Shown here piece by piece: positions 58,779 to 64,000 of a DNA stretch of 64,000 nucleotides (position 1 is its first letter; each line of letters begins with the position of its first letter). The notes beneath the pieces are model-generated. The model had not been told where the DNA came from. It made no database searches and saw only the letters and a program-made list of their open reading frames with translations. The position numbers and the translations under genes are program-made. The DNA comes from Hyphochytrium catenoides (Eukaryota; Protista; Hyphochytriomycota): the NCBI GenBank assembly GCA_900088475.1, contig FLMG01001570.1, positions 201,310 through 265,309 of the forward strand. The letters are read 5' to 3'.

Positions 58779-59638
58779 CCTCTTCGGGCTCTTCCCTTGT
58801 CAAAGGGAAGCGCAGCGGCGCCAACCGTCCGGTCCGTCCCTGCCTACGAGTCTGAACCTTCGGCTCTCTCTCTCGACTGTCACCATAATCTGTGCTGATT
58901 ATTCCATCTACCTCCTGGACTTGCCTCCACCTGTTGTTGAGCTCCTATCCTAGCGCCAGCTATAGGAAAAAGGGTGCCGTTGACCTACTCTTCCATGAGA
59001 TGAGGAACTTGAACCCTCTCTGAGCTACCGGTGCGACTCTATGCCTCCCGATCGCTCACCGTCAATTCCAGCTCAGTCTAGCAGTAGCTTCCGGGTGTAT
59101 GTTATTTCGGGAGGATGACGTTGATGCCCAAGTCCGCCGCTTCCGCGGTAGAAGAGGTGAGAAGATGCACTCGTATACAGCCGAAGTAGTCTCAGACGGG
59201 CATGGATATCAGAAACAGTCTTCTAACGGCTCTATCATGGTGCTCCGGCCCTTCTTCGCTCGGGTGTTGATGAGTGCAGAGTGCGGCTCTCAGAATACAA
59301 TGTTTTTACCGATCCCAATCTACGCGGCAGCTCTACCAGAACTTCCGCCGGACTCTCAGGCTGGCGGTAGGAGGATGATTAACCTTCAGGCGCTACTCTA
59401 CCTCTCTTCTTCCCTTCACCATCCACTTTACTCCCTTCCAGGAGGAAGAGGAAGAGAAACGTCAAGCTAGGCTTGCGCGGTTGCGGGCGAACCAGCTCGA
59501 CATACAGCTCCTCGTCACCCTTCCAGCCGGGCATCTCCAAAGGCTTGACAAGTAAGGTCTTAGAGCTGAGGCCTTGAAGGTTGAGACACAACAAATGCCT
59601 AAAGACACATATACTCGCCGTGTAGGGTTAGGGCACGA

Positions 59639-61240
59639 ATGAGTGCAACGCGAATCCAGCGCTTTTACCGCCGCAAGCGACCAACCCTACAGCTGAAAGC
59701 CAGTCCTTCTCCGGCACCTTTTAATGATGAGCTCCTCCGACGACCGGTTCAGGAAATGCGCCAGCCTCAAGGAAGCCAAAGCAATAGCCCAGCTCCTCAT
59801 ATACAGACTGCGCAGGAGGACGACGTGACGGGTTTGGAGCTGGAGAGTGTATACCAAAGGCACTGGACACATCATATCTTTGTATTACATCTCCTACGCG
59901 GTGTTCTAGCCGGTGTGGACTGACGCCCTATTGCCCTTCACTCTTCGTTCCTGTGACGGCTCTCGTCCCCCGTAGGGTCAGGAGGGCAGCCTATCGCAGA
60001 CAGCACCCCAAGCATTCGCAGTATAATGGCCCGCAATCGCGTCACCGGTGGCAGTTGCAGCAGCTCCTGGATATGCGGCAAGAATTGGCGGAGTATAATC
60101 CTGACCTTCAGCTCTCTTCTTTGGCTAGCGAGAGGCAAGAAAAGGGTAAGTTGGGGCATGGTTTGGCATATTTTACAATTTTGATGCTTCCTACCCTCTT
60201 ATTACCCAGGTCTCCTCATGTCTTCCAAAATTAAAGCGATGAACGACCTCATACTACGGCTGAGTCAGGTGCCCGCGCTCCCCACTACTTCGCTCCATCA
60301 AAAAAACTAATCAGTCGCAACCCAAACTCAGACTTCGAATTTTGAAAAAGCAACAGAAGCATACCATGACCTTCCTTCTCCAAGCAGGAAAAGTGTGCGG
60401 ACGACTGACACGATCAGCATGGGATCTGCCCGCCAGGCTCACCTCATGACCTCCAAGTACTATAGCGACGACATGTCCTGGTGGGAGACTATCTATGGTG
60501 GTGAGCTATTGGATATCCGCAGGTGGGTGATGACGTACTAAAGCATTTATTAAGGGTCGGAGAAGCCTTCACCTAACAAGGCCGAAGAGGGGCATATATC
60601 TATCTATTCTTGGGAACAGAAAAATTGTGTTTTTGTTCTTCCGAATGGTACTGGGTGAGAGTCCTGCTGAACTTTATAACGACCCGAACTTTATGCTGCA
60701 AACGCAGTGATTAACATAGAGGTATATCTCGCATGATGGTTCTCCAATAGGCTTGGTGGTGAGGAAGAGACCGCTGATGCTGATGAGCAAGGAATAGAAG
60801 AAGAGCGAGAGTCAAGTGATCCCGCCCCAAGCTTCAAAGGCCAGAAACGTAGCGCATTCCCTCCTCCGTCATCTTCTCGCCTCAACAAGCATCTTTGGCG
60901 GTCGAGGGTCTGGCTATCTTATGCGGCCGATGATCGGCGGTCTGCAATTCATAGCGACCGCCACAAGCTGGCACTATCACACATGTCGCCATCTAGTAGA
61001 CCCTCGTCCTCCCCTCCGAGAGGATGGCTATTGTCTACAAATGAGGCCACGGGCCGAGACTTCGGTACCCAAGTGCTGGAGGCTGCCCGGCGCAGAGCGG
61101 AAGCGGAAGAGGCCTTTGTCAGAGATGGAGCGTCCATTGTCGTAGATTGTCTCCGTCATTGCCCTAGCGTAAGAGACGAGAGGGAAGAGAACCCCAATTC
61201 GGTTCCATCAGTTCCTCATCCCCCTGCTAGGCCAGGATGA
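59639..61240 (+). CDS. Putative multi-exon protein with an IQ-like motif
   Basis: SATRIQRFYRRKR (IQxxxR) near the start, splice donors such as GGTAAGT near 60146, and an open final exon of about 500 nt ending at 61240. The model is not fully resolved. Confidence 0.3.
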
Positions 61241-62109
61241 AAAGCGTAACTGTTCCAGCAATGCCGCTATAGATCTTGTACTTCTCTTCAAAAGTCATAG
61301 AACTCTTCGTTATTTCCCGCGTTTGATTTCCTAACATTTCTAATGTATCGCCTCCTTCTGTCATGCCACCACGGCCAGAAAGAAGTAAGTAGGTTTGTAT
61401 CAAATCTCAATACCCGAGGATAAGTACTACTACCATGTAACAATGAGCTGGAAATGTCCTCCATCTTCCTGCTCTTGATAATTGGCTAGCTACACTATTA
61501 CTACTCTATTATTGTAAGCCAACAACTAACGGCGATGTGTCAATTTGCCGTGATCTATCCATAAATAAGTAATTCAACCACAGAGCGCCGCCACCTTTTC
61601 GTACAATTTCCAGGACTAATAACAAGTATTCATTCTACTGTTAAAAGGGTTTTGTAACAGCCCAGAGAAGATGAGAATTTGGGCCTTGTCCCAGCTGATG
61701 GGAGGTTTAAGAACTCTCCGAGAAAGCTCAAGGGGAGAGAGATCTCATATATATTGATGATCGATCTGAATTTTCCTCCGTATTGCAGACGGCTTCATCT
61801 GAGTCATTCGGAGACAGAGAATAGGACTATAGAAGACTGGTAACGAACAAGTAACCCATACAAAGAGACTCGAAGTGTACGACGAGTACCTAACACTACG
61901 CGGAATGCACAAAGTAGTAGGGATGGAATATGGACGGAAAGTTACATACCAGCAAAACATTACATACCAGCGGAACAATGGTTATATGATGATGCTGTTC
62001 TTAGGATCCCATTTGATGGTAAGAAGAGGGCTGTCGTCCTCGTTGAGTACATCAAGAGATGAGGTGCCGAGCAGTCACGGAGTTGACGCGCGGTTTGAAG
62101 TAGTAAACT

Positions 62110-62960
62110 AAAGTCCCTCTCAGAGAACACAACATTCCTACGCTCGATGATGGTACCGCTTTCTTTGTCATGGCCTTAAAGCTATCTATGTAATCAACGA
62201 ATATGTAGGGCTTTGACTTGATGTTCATTTTCTGCCTCTTCGAATCCGGTAAGAGGGCATACGCAAGACCACCGAAGACACGGAAATGGCTAGCGTCCGA
62301 TTTAGCATCGAACCATTTCCCATAGGAATTGCTCCATGTAAAGCGCTTGTTGGAGTGAGATTACCTACATATGCAGCCCTTAAGAGAGCTTCACTCCAAA
62401 AGGATGGAGGTAACTTGGCAGCATGTAGCATGCACCGGGCAGGCTCCACAAGTGTTCTCTTCTGGTGTCGCTCGGCAACTGCGTTCTGCGTTGAACTGTA
62501 TCTGTCACTTTTTGCAGAATGCCACGTGTCTTGCAATACCCCTTCATAGCATCGGAGCAGTATTCGCCACCTTGGTCGCTCCGAAGCTCTAAATCCTGTT
62601 TGGCGGTCAGCCATATTGATGAAGGTGTCAAGGTGGATGATGACCTCACTCCCTTACTTTTCATTATGAGGTAGCGAAAAGTCGATGAGTGGAGTGGTTG
62701 ACCAAAACGACATAGTAACGATGACCGCCAAGACTAACCGTATTAACGATGCCAACATCGTTGTGGACTAGTTGAAGCGGGTGTTGGGTATTAGGATGTG
62801 ATTGTTTAGGAAACTCTAGTTCAGTTTTCCTAAGACACGACCCGAACAGAATGAAGTTTTATCGTTGGTGAATCTTCATGCCTGAAGAAACCGTCGCGAG
62901 CTTCCGCACATCTGCTGAATGTTTAGATGCCCCAATCTACGATGCCAAATAGTGATTGAC
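62110..62960 (-). mobile_element. Degenerate Ty1/copia LTR-retrotransposon integrase region
   Basis: GAG-pre-integrase IWHRRLGHLN (about 62921-62950), a decayed CxxC, PLQLVHND, LRSDQGGEY, QNAVAER..RTLVE.ARCML..LPPSFWSEA, LRVFG.LAY and RRNVVFSE, broken by several frameshifts. No RT or LTR was recognised. Confidence 0.88.
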
Positions 62961-64000
62961 TGGGGGTTGACAGCGGTAGCGGTAGAGTCGATTCCCTCAG
63001 GGTGGGATAAAGTGGTGTAGGCACTTGGAGGCGGCTTTGAGTGTTATCATGTGTGGGATTTCGAAGCCACTCGTATTTAGGTTACGTGGTCTACTAATAT
63101 GGTCAAAAATGGGTATGGAGAGCTTATGGGACCCTGTTTTTCTAGCTATCATGTTGTATAGTTGTTCTGGTTAGTAACTGTGTCTTGTATTATCATAAGA
63201 CCCAGTTATGTTGCTTCACTTCCCATGAAGACTTACCTTGCTTGTGATATAGCCTAGTTACATTACATTAACTCTGAAACACTTTGTTCTGTGTCTTCTC
63301 CCTCTTGTGAGGTAGATACTGGAACTGAGAGCTTTTTCGGAGCTTATGTCAGCTTCGGCCTTCAACGATAAATACCTCTACGCTTCGCCTAAGGCTCGCC
63401 CGAACTTAATATTGCGTAATCCAACCCTTCGGCTGCATTATTCTTGGAAGATACCCATATAACTGGCGTTTGGTTAGTGCAATAGGATATCTTCATTTTC
63501 TTTTACCATTAGGTAGGCACACCACCGACGTCTAGACCTACTCACTAGCCGCCTTTCCTACAGTAGAGTGTTACAGTAGAGCAGTGAGTGAGTGAATGGC
63601 GAGACTTACTCAACTATTCTAGGTGTTGCGTGACATTCTACCTCCACCGTCAGAACCTACAGCTAAATACAGGATACAAGGTGATGCGTGGTTGGATCTT
63701 TATGGGATGATTGGACAATGTCATTAGATGAGAGTGCTCTATTTATAAGGTTTCCACAATCTAGAGCTATTCTGACTATGCCAACTACTAATAAAGAAAC
63801 CCTAAGATGTTCAGTCATAGAAATATCCTTGTCTGGAACAGTCAGTCCTGAGTATTTGAGGGTAATCATCACCAGAAGCCATAGATATAAATAGGCAAAT
63901 ATCGCTTACTTCATATCCCGGCTTCTACTGGGAATTTGGAGGTTCTGAGCAGTATTTGTTGAGTGCTACTATGTTCGTTGTCAGTAGTACAGTAGTCACT

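Noticed and set aside
59003-59034. Minus strand GCACCGGTAGCTCAG..GGTTCAAGTTCC resembles A-box plus B-box
   Set aside because: The spacing is far too short for a cloverleaf and there is no acceptor stem.
1-64000. Alternative genetic code or stop readthrough as the reason for fragmented ORFs
   Set aside because: The well-conserved genes I reconstructed (DHPS, DAW1, PRPF31, OGT, XPO4) read through with standard-code exons and GT/GC-AG introns, without needing in-frame stops.
1-64000. CRISPR arrays, rRNA genes, telomeric repeats or prokaryotic operons
   Set aside because: No regularly spaced direct repeats or rRNA-like sequence were seen. The only bacterial-like domain (BtuF-like) is interrupted by spliceosomal introns.

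Overview
This is intron-rich eukaryotic nuclear DNA, not prokaryotic, so most entries in the ORF track are exon fragments or microsatellite artefacts. The OGT sequence type, nuclear-encoded ATP synthase subunit b and the EH-PX-BAR sorting nexin suggest a stramenopile-like protist (inference). DAW1 and a SHIPPO-repeat gene imply a flagellated stage. Splicing by hand at GT/GC-AG junctions gives about 14 supported genes: ERLEC1/OS-9 lectin, mitochondrial ATP synthase subunit b, a SHIPPO/ODF3 protein, a disordered protein with duplicated GMTVE-ELK motifs, exportin-4, a BtuF-like/DUF5522/degenerate AANH fusion, a coiled-coil protein, an EH-PX-BAR sorting nexin, SNRNP25, a small CxxC protein, deoxyhypusine synthase, DAW1, PRPF31, SEC-type OGT and an IP6K/IPMK-family kinase. 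There is also a decayed Ty1/copia integrase, TpA-rich decayed flanks and many (GA/CT)n tracts. The best candidate for an undescribed system is the signal-peptide-less fusion of a cobalamin-binding-protein-like domain, a DUF5522 Cys/His knuckle and an apparently inactivated PP-loop domain (21958-25091). All family assignments come from motif recognition by eye; no database search was run.
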